From the IMG/VR virus record IMGVR_UViG_2974506496_000001, positions 160,001 through 224,000 of that record: 64,000 nt of DNA. One strand, 5' to 3'. The translations under genes were made by a program, and so were the position numbers. Below, one piece after another: positions 18,191-29,000 of this stretch. How positions within the stretch are numbered: position 1 is the first letter of the stretch; each line of letters opens with the position of its first letter. The notes beneath the pieces are model-generated. The model was not told the DNA's origin, did not search any database, and was given only the letters and a program-made list of their open reading frames with translations. The DNA is from a virus. Lineage: Duplodnaviria; Caudoviricetes.

Positions 18191-20302
18191 ATGGATTTAT
18201 TCATTAACCACCCGAGTGAGTATAAACGCGATTACCGTATTTATCATCACTACGTTGAAGGAAAGGCACTTGCCATTTCCAAGATCACCGGCCGTCCGCT
18301 TGATGAAGCACGTGAGTACGTTACCCGTGTTACCGGCGAGACCGGGAAGTTTGCGTTACAAGATCCCCGGGTTAAAATCCTGGTGCGGAACAAAGTGGGT
18401 GACCGTGAACTGAAGTACACCACCTTTAATAAGTTTCTGAAGGCCGTAGAAGACCGTGGTGCGATTTTATCGCCGAGCCTGACTGCTTACCTACATCCGA
18501 AAGAGAAGGTCTCACAATACGCTGTATCGACTGATAAGAACATCAAAGCGCGTAAAGTGATTAAGCATGAGATGTTCATCGCCGAGCAACGCGGCGACAT
18601 GGTGACCAAGAACGTAAAAGAGATCATGCAGACTGGGCGTAAGCTCACCAACAACGGAATGTCCGGCGGGTTCTGTACTGCATCGACGCCGTTCTTCTGC
18701 CGATCAGCCCACAGCTCACTGACCTCCTGCTGTCGTAGTGCTACCAGTTCCACCAATGCCTTCAACGAGAAGTTCTTGGCCGGGAACCGCCACTACTACA
18801 GTCCCGAGATTACCATTGAGTCGATTACTACGCTGATCCGCCTCAGCGACCTGGAAAAAATCCAGGCGGTCATGACCGAGTTTAATCTGCAAGCACCAAC
18901 CGTCACCCAGACCATGGCCTGTATCTATCGCAGTACTCGGCGTTATTGGTCTGACAAGTACTTCATGGGTGTGATCTTAAAACTCATTGAAGGGTTGACG
19001 GATGTTGAACGTGCAGCCTTCATGTTTGTCTCCGACCTCTACCATCTGCGTGAAGTCAACCCGGACTTTGTGCGCAAGTTCTTAATTGATCTGGCAGAGC
19101 GCAGTGAAGAGCAGTTGGCTGACGATGTGAAGATGAAGGATGGGGATTGTCGTATCCTGGCAACCATGAAGTGTGCGGACGATATCGCGCGTATCGGGAC
19201 AAAGAACCTGGAGCACAGCGAGGAGTTCAAAGCACGCCTGAAAGCGAACTATGTATTGAGTGAACGCAACATCACGCAATATGAATCGTTCATCCGTGCT
19301 TTCTTTGTTACCAAGAACACCCCGACCAGTATTGCCATGATGCCGCACCATGTGCGTGAAGTGGTATTGGCATCCGATACCGACTCCTCAATCTTTACCG
19401 AGCAGATCTGGATTGACTGGATTCAGCCAGACTACTCCAAACGCCAGGAACGTATCCAGGTAAACGCCGCAGTAACTTTCCTGATCTCGCAGCAGGTCGT
19501 GCATTTACTGGCAATCGTTTCCGGTAACATCGGGGTAGCGGACGAACATCTGTTCCGTCTGGCAATGAAGAACGAATACTACTTCGAAACGTTTGTGTTG
19601 ACCAATATGGGTAAACACTACTTTGCGACCCAGGCTGCCCGTGAAGGGAACTTCTTCCCGAAACCCAAGCTTGAGCTCAAGGGTGTGCACCTACGCAACT
19701 CTAACGTACCGAAAGAGATCCGAGACCGCGGTAACAAACTGATCAACGACATCCTGGATAAGTCCAACGTCAATGAGCAGTTCTCGGTGGTAGATCTGTT
19801 AAACCAGGTTGGGGATATAGAGCGCTTCATCATCAACTCCATTACCAAAGGCGAGACGATCTTCTTAACCAAAGCCACGATCAAGGATAAGGGGTCTTAC
19901 GCTAAACCGTACAGTTCAAACTACTACCACTACTGTATGTGGCAGGAAGTCTTTGCTGAGAAATACGGTCAAGCACCGCCATTGCAATACATTGGCCTGA
20001 AAGCTAAGTTGGGTCTGAGCTCACAAACCGCCGTGAACGATTGGCTGGACAGCTTAGACGACCAAGCCCTGGCTGAGCGTATGCGTAAGTTCTTAGTGAA
20101 GTACGGCAAGAAGTCGATCACCCAGGTGGTCATGCCGGCAGATATCGTGATGAACATGGGCGTACCGCCTGAGATCATTGCCGGTATCGATCTGCGTAAC
20201 CTGATCATGGAGAACCTGTCCATGGTGTATTCGTGTCTTGAATCGCTAGGTCTTTATTACGTAAACGACAACGCAACCAAACTGGTATCTGACGAACATT
20301 AA
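18191..20302 (+). CDS. family B DNA polymerase, polymerase domain (phiKZ gp50-like)
   Basis: Motif B-like KLTNNGMSG, motif C SDTDS, KHYFA and LKGV; position upstream of chimallin. Confidence 0.88.
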   Translation: MDLFINHPSEYKRDYRIYHHYVEGKALAISKITGRPLDEAREYVTRVTGETGKFALQDPRVKILVRNKVGDRELKYTTFNKFLKAVEDRGAILSPSLTAYLHPKEKVSQYAVSTDKNIKARKVIKHEMFIAEQRGDMVTKNVKEIMQTGRKLTNNGMSGGFCTASTPFFCRSAHSSLTSCCRSATSSTNAFNEKFLAGNRHYYSPEITIESITTLIRLSDLEKIQAVMTEFNLQAPTVTQTMACIYRSTRRYWSDKYFMGVILKLIEGLTDVERAAFMFVSDLYHLREVNPDFVRKFLIDLAERSEEQLADDVKMKDGDCRILATMKCADDIARIGTKNLEHSEEFKARLKANYVLSERNITQYESFIRAFFVTKNTPTSIAMMPHHVREVVLASDTDSSIFTEQIWIDWIQPDYSKRQERIQVNAAVTFLISQQVVHLLAIVSGNIGVADEHLFRLAMKNEYYFETFVLTNMGKHYFATQAAREGNFFPKPKLELKGVHLRNSNVPKEIRDRGNKLINDILDKSNVNEQFSVVDLLNQVGDIERFIINSITKGETIFLTKATIKDKGSYAKPYSSNYYHYCMWQEVFAEKYGQAPPLQYIGLKAKLGLSSQTAVNDWLDSLDDQALAERMRKFLVKYGKKSITQVVMPADIVMNMGVPPEIIAGIDLRNLIMENLSMVYSCLESLGLYYVNDNATKLVSDEH

Positions 20303-20360
20303 TCTCCGTCGGCATAAAGGCCTCTTAGCGGGATAACCCCCGCTAAGAGCGCCCTTTTAT

Positions 20361-21473
20361 TTATGTGTCTTTGCCGGTGATCATATTCTGGATATGGGTC
20401 AGCTCGTAATCGATGGTGTTCTTGACCTTGCTGGTTAAACCACTCAGATAGAAGGTGTTGTCTGACCGGATGCGCTGAATCGCGTGCAAGATGGTGTTGA
20501 AGTTCGCACCCTCTTTTCGCCGTTTAAACGACACCTCCAGCTCCACCAGGAAATCGATCACCCAGGTGCGGGCGATGATCCACGCCCAACGGTTCTGTCG
20601 CATCTCCATGTCAATCGGTAACCGGATCGCATCGTACCCGTTTCGCCAGACAGTAGGGATATGCAGTAACACCGCTTCAAAGAACCGCTGACTGCGTTGG
20701 AGCTCCACCACAGTTCTAACAATCACCTGATCGGTGATGGCCAGTTCATCGTTGAGCCAGAAGCTTTGTCTGACATTGCGGGTTTCCCGTAAGTCATTAT
20801 CATAGCGACCGATAAAGCGATTGAAGATGGCGATGTCATTGTGGGACTTGAGCAGATTGGGGATCGGGTACTTGGTGACGAACAGATAGGGCGCGGGTGC
20901 TGTTGCGCCATCTTTGGTTTGCTCACGCAACCACATCAAGTACTGCAGTGCTAATAAAGGAATGTTGATACTGAGTACCGCGATCCCTGAGCCGCCTAAG
21001 TCATGCTTCTTACAGAGCAAACCGTAGTAGGTGACATTATAAGGGTGGCGATGGACTTTGATCGGTTCCGCATCTTGCCAGTTATACAGCATCTCCGGTT
21101 TAAACGGTTCAGAGTTGGTGATGATGATCTCATCTACCGAGTCGTCGTAGAACTGAGACCGCACGATGGCACCGAAGCGGGTGGCGCTGGTTAAGTTGAA
21201 TTTATTACCATAGCGGTAATCCACGGCCCGTAGGTCATCGTAGTACTTTCGTACATTATCGAGAGATAATTGTGTAAGACTACCGCCTGGTAGTGGTAAC
21301 TCCTTTATGAGCTTCACCACCAGATGGTTATTCAATATGGAATTCTCGTTTGACCGCCAATGGTTAAGCGCACGTTCCATATTGCGATGGGAAATATCGA
21401 CAAGTCTTTTGTGCAGCGGCGTCAACATGCTACCGTAATTGGTAGTGACGTCAGAGGCAAATAGGTTAAGCAT
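20361..21473 (-). CDS. conserved chimallivirus core protein (phiKZ gp52-like by synteny)
   Basis: 370-aa reverse ORF between DNAP and chimallin. Confidence 0.6.
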   Translation of the reverse strand: MLNLFASDVTTNYGSMLTPLHKRLVDISHRNMERALNHWRSNENSILNNHLVVKLIKELPLPGGSLTQLSLDNVRKYYDDLRAVDYRYGNKFNLTSATRFGAIVRSQFYDDSVDEIIITNSEPFKPEMLYNWQDAEPIKVHRHPYNVTYYGLLCKKHDLGGSGIAVLSINIPLLALQYLMWLREQTKDGATAPAPYLFVTKYPIPNLLKSHNDIAIFNRFIGRYDNDLRETRNVRQSFWLNDELAITDQVIVRTVVELQRSQRFFEAVLLHIPTVWRNGYDAIRLPIDMEMRQNRWAWIIARTWVIDFLVELEVSFKRRKEGANFNTILHAIQRIRSDNTFYLSGLTSKVKNTIDYELTHIQNMITGKDT

Positions 21474-21618
21474 ACGACCTCTATTGACTATATGTAAAAG
21501 TGTACATGGCTCGAGTATATATTATGTAAGAGGTCACACTCTTGACTCCCTGTTCACGCAGGGGGTCGAACTGAGGGTAATGCTGCCTCAAAAGGTAAAT
21601 TCAAAAAAATTACAAGTC

Positions 21619-21626
21619 TATATTAC
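21619..21626 (+). promoter_or_regulatory. early promoter TATATTAC driving chimallin
   Basis: Exact motif after an A-tract, ~70 nt upstream of the chmA start. Confidence 0.65.
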
Positions 21627-21695
21627 GTATGTGTATAGAGTAATCTATGCAACATTAGCTAATGTAAACTTGCAAGTAAATTAAAAGGAATCGGT

Positions 21696-23831
21696 ATGAA
21701 AACTCCTGAAGGCGAAAACAAGGCACAGGGTCAGCAGCCATCTGACCAGCAGCAGCCTAACAATTCGGCAATGGGTGATGCGCTACTACAAGCGCAACAG
21801 AGGCAGAGTCAGCAGCCACAGCAGCAGCAAACTCCGCCTCAACAAGCGCCGCAGTCAGCACCTCAACCAGTGCAAGCAGCAACCCAGCAACAGCAACACA
21901 CCCCACAATTTCATCAGACTGCAGGTAACAGCACCGTGAACAACACAACTAACAACACCAACACCGAACAACAGCAGCCGCGTCAGTCACGCATTTACGG
22001 CATGAACGAACGCCGTTCTCGTATCTTCGACGCGACCGCGTTTGGTGAAAACTTTAAGATCGCGCTGGAAGCGACCAAAGAAGTGCTGGAAGGCTACGAA
22101 GATAAAGGTTTCAACAAATCTTTCTTCCTGGTTCCTGTTGCTGACGCAACCCTGCACTGCAATGGCCTGGCGTATGCGTCTGTGTTCAACTTCGGCGGTA
22201 GCACCAAAGCGATCGTCTACACCCTGATGCTGGAAAACACCGGTTCTCCACTGAAGCCACAGCGCGGTAACGATCCACTGACGGGCGAACCGTTTGAGAT
22301 CCCACGCATGACCGGTTCTCAGTACGACAACACCTACTGGGCTCGTGTAGCACAGCTGGTCGCGCACCGTGTTGGTAACAACGCAGAAGTGCTGGATGCT
22401 GGCGCCTGTGTGGTGCACGCTGAGATGAAGTGGGACGACAAGTCTGCGATCAAACAGCTGCTGAACAACGCAGAAAACGCCACCATGGCGTATGCGAACA
22501 GCCTGTCTGGTTACCGTATCGAACCACCATTCAACATCGCGCAGGAAGTGGACCCGAACATCGACCGCATCACCGCGGGCTTTAACTTCAATCCACAGCC
22601 GCTGTTCACTGTTGATGGTCAGCCGATCCGTAACGACGTCGAAGTGAAACTGTCTGCTTACGCAGAAGGCGCAGGCCAGGTTCAGACCACCGAAGCTATC
22701 ACCACCGTGAACGGCTATGTTGAGCTGATCGCTGCACCGCAGCAGCAGATGGGTTATCAGCAGCAGATGATGATGGGTATGAACCCGCAGCAGGCGATGC
22801 AGTTCTACCGTCGCTTCTACCCGCAGTTCACCATCACTTCAACTGGTACCGGTATCTCTAACGCACAGGGTCCTGAGTTCCAGCTGCTGGCGCTGTTCGC
22901 TGCTTCACTGATTGGTGAAAACAGCAACTGGCACCATGCGTTTGCGCCGAAGATGGTAAACGGTGTCGATATCAACGATATCGGTGCGATCAACTACGAA
23001 CTGAAAATGGGTCTGGAAAGCCCAGATGACCGTCCGAAGAAGATCATCACCAAAGACCACAGCTTCACCACGCAGGCTCTGCATCAGCTGCTGTACACCG
23101 CATGCCACGAATCCATGTCTATCGCGATCGACATCGAAGAGACCGGCACGCGTACCTGGGTTAACTCCATGCTGCTTCTGGCTGGCGGTCAACCAAACGG
23201 TAATGCTGCAGCACTGAGCCCACAGGGTCAGCAGGCGCACAAAGCGATCATCCAGGCGGCGAACAACCTGACCAACGGTGAGTTCAGCAAACACTTCACC
23301 GATCAGAACCAGCTGATTGCTGTACGTGACGGTACCCGTATTCAGGGTGGTTTCTACGTCTCTAAAGACAACCATCAGAAAATGGATATCCGTAACGTCG
23401 ACCTGCTGGCGGTTCTGAACTTCGTCGGTGAAACTGATCCGCGCATCGTGGAAGAGTGGAAAATCATCACCAGCTCTACTTCTGGTATGTCTACTCCGAA
23501 ACGTGTCGCGCTGCGTCAGCAGAAACTGCAGCAGCTGCTGGGTGAGTCTTTCGTCCTGAAAGCTTACTACGAGCGTGTAGTGATCAACTGGGCATTCATG
23601 GATGCTCTGCGTAAAGCAATCACTGCAGCAGGCCTGATCGTGCGTCCGGAAAACACCAACATGCAGTACAACGTACAGAGCTACGGCACGCCAATGGCGC
23701 AGCTGTACGGCATGCCTACCAACATCGGCAGCTCACTGCAGCAGGGCGCTTACGCAACCGACAACCAAGGTCGCGTAGTGAACATGGCAGCGTTCCGTAC
23801 TGGTGGTGCATTCGGTACGTTCAACGGCTAA
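21696..23831 (+). CDS. chmA: chimallin, major phage nuclear shell protein
   Basis: 711 aa, strongly biased high-expression codons, conserved position between the gp52-like gene and nvRNAP beta-prime. Confidence 0.82.
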   Translation: MKTPEGENKAQGQQPSDQQQPNNSAMGDALLQAQQRQSQQPQQQQTPPQQAPQSAPQPVQAATQQQQHTPQFHQTAGNSTVNNTTNNTNTEQQQPRQSRIYGMNERRSRIFDATAFGENFKIALEATKEVLEGYEDKGFNKSFFLVPVADATLHCNGLAYASVFNFGGSTKAIVYTLMLENTGSPLKPQRGNDPLTGEPFEIPRMTGSQYDNTYWARVAQLVAHRVGNNAEVLDAGACVVHAEMKWDDKSAIKQLLNNAENATMAYANSLSGYRIEPPFNIAQEVDPNIDRITAGFNFNPQPLFTVDGQPIRNDVEVKLSAYAEGAGQVQTTEAITTVNGYVELIAAPQQQMGYQQQMMMGMNPQQAMQFYRRFYPQFTITSTGTGISNAQGPEFQLLALFAASLIGENSNWHHAFAPKMVNGVDINDIGAINYELKMGLESPDDRPKKIITKDHSFTTQALHQLLYTACHESMSIAIDIEETGTRTWVNSMLLLAGGQPNGNAAALSPQGQQAHKAIIQAANNLTNGEFSKHFTDQNQLIAVRDGTRIQGGFYVSKDNHQKMDIRNVDLLAVLNFVGETDPRIVEEWKIITSSTSGMSTPKRVALRQQKLQQLLGESFVLKAYYERVVINWAFMDALRKAITAAGLIVRPENTNMQYNVQSYGTPMAQLYGMPTNIGSSLQQGAYATDNQGRVVNMAAFRTGGAFGTFNG

Positions 23832-23936
23832 TCCGGCGTTGTAAGCAAGCAGTAACATGAACGGGTAGGCGGGAAACCGCCTACCTTGTTTATGCCCACT
23901 TTATTTTTTAGTAGTACGTAAAAAGGAAAACCGGTA

Positions 23937-25424
23937 ATGATGCATGAAATGCAAGCAGCGCAACCGGCACTCGTGCAAGAAGGTGGTTTGACAGCGGTTG
24001 TGGGAAACCATGACCAACACTTCTTCATGTTGTCGCGTCCACCCATCATTGCTAACGACTATGACCTCTCGATCGAAGCTGACCGACAAGCCCTGAATAA
24101 CCATCTGCGGGTGAGTTATGATACGGACATGTTCAGTGTCAAGCCGAAGTGTCAGTGCGGGCATACCAGCGGCGGTGATAAAGTTGGAAAGCTGTGTGTA
24201 AAGTGCGGCACGAAGGTCACCACTGTAACCGAAGAAGAGATTGAGTCTCAGCTCTGGTTACGCAAGCCTGAAGGTGTAAAGGGCTTCATTAACCCACAGT
24301 TATGGTTATTGTTCTTTGAACCGTTTAATGTCAAAGGGTTCAATCCAATGGAGTGGTTTGCAGACCGTTCCTATACTCCAGCCAAGGGGGGTATGGATTA
24401 CAAGAACAAAGATGTGTACAAAGTCTGCGCGGACATGGGTATCGAACGAGGCATAAACTCCTTGTACGATAACTTTGACGCTATCGTAACAAACCTACTT
24501 AACTCTCCGGTCGTGCGTGATCAGGTCACGTCACAAGAAGTGCTGCGTCAACGTTCTGATTTGTTTATTAAATACCGTGATCGTTTCTTCTGTGAACACT
24601 TACCGATGCCCTCCAAGCTGATGTTTGTGGTGGAATCCAATGCAACCGGTCGCTATGCTGCCCCTGAGATGAAACTGGCTCTGGATGCAGCGTTGACCGT
24701 CTGTTCAGCAAAACGCCAACTGCATACGGTGCGGGATGTGCGCTTTAATGAAAGCATTGCGATTAAAGTGGTCCGTCAGATCTCGAAGTTCTATGCGACG
24801 CATGACAGTGACAACTTTGCGGGTAAGTTAGGGTTACTGCGTAAGAACATTGCTGGGGCAAAACATCCGTGGACTGGTCGTTGTGTGATTACCTCGCATA
24901 CTGGCGATCATGACATGGATGAAGTGATCCTGCCACGTTGTTTGGCGATCCCGATGTTGAAATACCACATCATCAACAAACTGCGTCGTCGGAACTACAC
25001 CCCAACACAATGCCTCAAACTTATCCAGGCGGGTATTAAACAAACCATCCCAGTGATCGATGAGGTGTTAGATGAACTCCTCGCAGAAAGCCCTACAGCG
25101 TCGATACGGGTATATGTGCAACGAAACCCAACCCTGCGTTGGTTATCGAACCGTCGGTTCCATTGCCGAACCATCAACCGTGATCCAAATGACATCAGTA
25201 TCCGTATCAGTACCTTATCTATCAAATCCTCGAATGCGGACTTTGATGGTGATGAACTGAACGTGATGTTACAGCTGGATAACGTCTCAGCGAACTATGC
25301 GGAAGCGTTCGGTTCACACAACTGTGTGCTGGACATGAACACCCCGCTGAAGATCTCTGGTGACGTGGGTCTGCCGGGTACGTTGATCTCGACCATGAAC
25401 CGTTGGATGTACAGTAACGACTAA
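23937..25424 (+). CDS. non-virion RNA polymerase beta-prime N-terminal subunit (phiKZ gp55-like)
   Basis: Catalytic NADFDGD, RNPTL, GRCVIT; N-terminal Zn finger CQC..CVKC. Confidence 0.92.
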   Translation: MMHEMQAAQPALVQEGGLTAVVGNHDQHFFMLSRPPIIANDYDLSIEADRQALNNHLRVSYDTDMFSVKPKCQCGHTSGGDKVGKLCVKCGTKVTTVTEEEIESQLWLRKPEGVKGFINPQLWLLFFEPFNVKGFNPMEWFADRSYTPAKGGMDYKNKDVYKVCADMGIERGINSLYDNFDAIVTNLLNSPVVRDQVTSQEVLRQRSDLFIKYRDRFFCEHLPMPSKLMFVVESNATGRYAAPEMKLALDAALTVCSAKRQLHTVRDVRFNESIAIKVVRQISKFYATHDSDNFAGKLGLLRKNIAGAKHPWTGRCVITSHTGDHDMDEVILPRCLAIPMLKYHIINKLRRRNYTPTQCLKLIQAGIKQTIPVIDEVLDELLAESPTASIRVYVQRNPTLRWLSNRRFHCRTINRDPNDISIRISTLSIKSSNADFDGDELNVMLQLDNVSANYAEAFGSHNCVLDMNTPLKISGDVGLPGTLISTMNRWMYSND

Positions 25425-25475
25425 ACTTATGGCCAGGGGTAATTCCCTGGCCTTATTACCGACGGGATATTTTTT

Positions 25476-26123
25476 ATGGATAATTTGCTTGAAAGGGGAC
25501 GGTTTCTTCTTGAGAACACTGCAGCCGCCATGAACCCTTATCCTTACACGATCATTTTCGTCACCACCCCAATGGATTGGGATGCCGTGGTCACTGCCAT
25601 GCATGCTAACGATCCTGCAGCAAACATCATTAAACATAAAGGACAGTTCACGACCCGGCGCGATTACCAATATGTCATTTATCGAGATGAACATTGGTAT
25701 ATCGCTGGTGCGAATATGAGAAGCCTGCCTTACAACCATTACCATACCGGTGCGATGCTCGGCATTGCCATGGACCTGGGGCATGAAATCATTATCGATA
25801 TCAGCAATCGCATCGGGAATGATGCGACTGCAGCTCCGGCGATAACGGCGATCATGCACGATTGGTTTATGGTCAACTGGCGCGAAGCTGTGTGCGTTAC
25901 CCATGAGAACTACCTGGCGTTTATTCCGGATGATGATTACTTGTACTTGAGTAACAACAAAAAAATACTCAGGCAAGTGATTCGCGCACAAGAACAACTG
26001 GGATCGCCCTTGGCATTGACGTCGGCGTTACAGCGTGAGTGTCAGCGCCTGATGAACACCCAGGTGATGATCGAGCCCACTGGTTGGAACGCCACTACGT
26101 ACTACAGCGGAGGTGAGGTATGA
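25476..26123 (+). CDS. HExxH-family paralog 1 (degenerate motif)
   Basis: IIFVT, GHEII, C-terminal TTYY shared with the next two genes. Confidence 0.6.
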   Translation: MDNLLERGRFLLENTAAAMNPYPYTIIFVTTPMDWDAVVTAMHANDPAANIIKHKGQFTTRRDYQYVIYRDEHWYIAGANMRSLPYNHYHTGAMLGIAMDLGHEIIIDISNRIGNDATAAPAITAIMHDWFMVNWREAVCVTHENYLAFIPDDDYLYLSNNKKILRQVIRAQEQLGSPLALTSALQRECQRLMNTQVMIEPTGWNATTYYSGGEV

Positions 26124-26791
26124 CGTTTGCTGAAGCTGAACAGTATATTTACAGTCTCAGTCAAGACGGCGGGGTCTATAAACAAGAGTTCATCTTTGTG
26201 TTTGATCCCGAGTCGTGGGATAAGGTGAACCTGGCGTTGGATATCCTGGACAATAACCGTGGGATCTGGGTGAAGAACGTCGGAGAGTTCAAAACCGCTG
26301 GTATGACGACCTACGGACCGGTGTCGGGAAGGCTTAAAGGGTATGTTGTTATTGCTGTCCATTTCATGGGCGAACGTAAACTGTTCAATCCAGGGTATCT
26401 GCAGCATGTGTTGAATACCGCGACCCATGAGTTGGTCCACGCTGCTCAGTTCGCTGTTCGGGCGCAGAGCTACCATGATCCATTGATTGCTGTAGAGCCA
26501 TTGGCTTACCTGACCGGCTGGCTAATGGAGAAATGGATCTATGCGGTCTGGGAGAAGTTTAAAATCACGATTGCAACAACACCCACCGGCGAGATCTCAT
26601 ACAACGTGTTGTTTGACATGCTGTATCGGTTTAATGACCGCCGGCTGGCAGATCGTCTGTGTGAGCTCACCATGACACAGATTCAGAGTGCTTTAGTTAG
26701 GGAGTCGATTAACAGTCTGAATAACGTGGCAGTGGTAAACGATATCGGCTGGTCCTCGACAACGTATCTTGATGGAGTTAACAAGAAATGA
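26120..26791 (+). CDS. putative zinc metallopeptidase-like protein, paralog 2
   Basis: HELVH...EPLAYL. Confidence 0.6.
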   Translation: MTFAEAEQYIYSLSQDGGVYKQEFIFVFDPESWDKVNLALDILDNNRGIWVKNVGEFKTAGMTTYGPVSGRLKGYVVIAVHFMGERKLFNPGYLQHVLNTATHELVHAAQFAVRAQSYHDPLIAVEPLAYLTGWLMEKWIYAVWEKFKITIATTPTGEISYNVLFDMLYRFNDRRLADRLCELTMTQIQSALVRESINSLNNVAVVNDIGWSSTTYLDGVNKK

Positions 26792-27414
26792 AGATGCCGG
26801 TCAGTCAGTATGTAGATAAGTTTCTATTAAGGCTGTTCCCTTATCCGCGGCAGTTTATCTTTGTCACTAGTGTTGCAGATTTTGATGCGGTGATTACCGA
26901 ACTGGCACGTCGGCAGACTGCGGCTGGGATTAGCAATAAATGGCTGAGTCACAGAGGGCATTTCAAAGGGAATGGGATTTGTGCTTCGGGGAATCAGATC
27001 TGTGTATTAGGTGCGCTTTATGATACCGGCACGCAGCTCAGCCCAGCTAACATCGCCGGGACGATCGGTACCATGCAACATGAAATCCAACACATGTTAC
27101 TACATACCTGTGCGCAGATTGGTTATAACCCGATGCGCGAACACGAACCGTTTACGTATTTAACGAAGTGGGTGTTTGAGTTGTTCCTGGCGTTTATGCG
27201 TAATTACCACGGCGTGATGATCACCGATGTGCAGCGGCAAGATACTGGTATGCTGAGTCGGTTGCAGAAGGGAGGGGCTTTTGAGTTACTGCACGCCCTG
27301 CCCGTTGAAAATGTTCGAGATTCATTAGCAAGAGAATCTCGTGCATTATTAAACAACGCGGTGGTCGTCAGTCCTATTGGCGCATCCCGTTCCACAACCT
27401 ATTTCGAATTATAA
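26788..27414 (+). CDS. putative zinc metallopeptidase-like protein, paralog 3
   Basis: HEIQH...EPFTYL. Confidence 0.6.
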   Translation: MKMPVSQYVDKFLLRLFPYPRQFIFVTSVADFDAVITELARRQTAAGISNKWLSHRGHFKGNGICASGNQICVLGALYDTGTQLSPANIAGTIGTMQHEIQHMLLHTCAQIGYNPMREHEPFTYLTKWVFELFLAFMRNYHGVMITDVQRQDTGMLSRLQKGGAFELLHALPVENVRDSLARESRALLNNAVVVSPIGASRSTTYFEL

Positions 27415-27442
27415 TTAACCCGGCCAGGGAAACCTGGCCTGT

Positions 27443-28165
27443 ATGTCAAAAAAGGAAAGTAACATGGGTATGTATACCGGCGTCTCATTTCGTTTGAAGG
27501 TCAGAAAAAATGCACCCTTGCCGGTGTTAGAGTTCATGGATAAGTTCTTCATGGAAGGTGAAACACTGCAAGCAGTGAAAGACCTACAGAAAGAAACGGG
27601 TATCCAGTTCCAGTCCACAGCCATTGCATTACCGGGTGATCAGTTTCATTACAGTGAAATTGCCGATATGGTCATGATGGTTCGCGGGCACTCTTCCAGT
27701 TTTGAAAGCTGGTACTGGCGTGTTAAAGAAGATAAGGGCGATTACTGGTTGTATGAAACCCGCGCCAATACCAAACGCCCTCACCATGACCTGGCCGCCA
27801 ACCTTATCCAGGCATTATTACCATGTCTGGTTATCGAAGAAGGTGAGGTGGTGTTGCGCTCCATTTATGAAGACAGCGCCCAAGAACGCGTTCTGGCATT
27901 GGTAAATGGCAAGATTATTGAGGAACGTGGTTATGAGTACGAGGATGAATACAATAGCCCGTGGAATGAAAAGGCGCCGATAGATTATGTCAAGGGTGAT
28001 TTTGGTGCAATTGCACATATCCGCATCACGGAAGAAGAAGAGTTCACACCACCTTGGACTTTACAGGAACTGCGGGCCGGTGAAGAAAAAGCACGGTTAG
28101 AGAAAGAAGCTGAGCACGAACGGATACGGGCAGAAGGCGGTGGTTTCGGTTTCGGTGGTTGGTAG
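27443..28165 (+). CDS. hypothetical protein
   Basis: 240-aa ORF ending GGGFGFGGW. Confidence 0.7.
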   Translation: MSKKESNMGMYTGVSFRLKVRKNAPLPVLEFMDKFFMEGETLQAVKDLQKETGIQFQSTAIALPGDQFHYSEIADMVMMVRGHSSSFESWYWRVKEDKGDYWLYETRANTKRPHHDLAANLIQALLPCLVIEEGEVVLRSIYEDSAQERVLALVNGKIIEERGYEYEDEYNSPWNEKAPIDYVKGDFGAIAHIRITEEEEFTPPWTLQELRAGEEKARLEKEAEHERIRAEGGGFGFGGW

Positions 28166-28230
28166 TTTTAATTAATTTAACCTGACGTACAACACAGCAA
28201 ACAATAACACAGATTAATTGAGGGTAGTTT

Positions 28231-28932
28231 ATGAACGGTATGAAGATGATGATTGGTTCCCTGCCACTGAGCAGCATGATGGGTGGTAGTCGTTCAGACG
28301 CGGGTACTTTCAATCCTGCACCGCACGCTGTCCCTTTCCGCGCAGTTGGTGAGTACATCGCGGATGCGGCATTTGAGGATCGTGGGGTGTTGGTTTCTGC
28401 AGACGGGATCGTTGCTACTGTGCGCGCCAAAAAGATGACCTTCCAGGAAGCCGCAGATGCCCGCGGTGCAGCCACCGGACTGTATGCCATTATGTTCCCA
28501 GTCGCTAACGGGGCGAAAGACGATACTGTCGTGATCACCACTACCAGTCAGGCTGTGTTGTTTAACTTACTGGCAGTTGAAGATCTCCCTGATGAACTGT
28601 TTGTGCAGTTTGGTCTGGCAACGACTACCGCGACGGTGAAAGCCATGACCAATGACAACAACGACCATATCCGGGTACTGGCCAACGCCGGCGGTATCGC
28701 CCCAAGCAATACTTCCCCGTCCCATTTGATTGTGGATAAGCAGCGCAATCTGATCATTGGTCATATTGTAAAAGAAGGTGATGATCAAGCAGACTTCAGT
28801 ATCTTCGCCGCCTCACGTAAATCCAAATCATCACAGGACTACATTATCAACGTGAGTACCGATGATAGTGATATCATCAAGCATATCGTCCAGGCTACAG
28901 TGGAAGAGATTGCACTGGGAGACGCTGTCTAG
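28231..28932 (+). CDS. hypothetical protein
   Basis: 233-aa ORF with GAGGG RBS. Confidence 0.7.
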   Translation: MNGMKMMIGSLPLSSMMGGSRSDAGTFNPAPHAVPFRAVGEYIADAAFEDRGVLVSADGIVATVRAKKMTFQEAADARGAATGLYAIMFPVANGAKDDTVVITTTSQAVLFNLLAVEDLPDELFVQFGLATTTATVKAMTNDNNDHIRVLANAGGIAPSNTSPSHLIVDKQRNLIIGHIVKEGDDQADFSIFAASRKSKSSQDYIINVSTDDSDIIKHIVQATVEEIALGDAV

Positions 28933-29000
28933 TCTGTAATTGCAGACAAAACCGGCGGATGATATAGCACCAGAAATTAACCGGAAGTAGGAGTAAAAGA

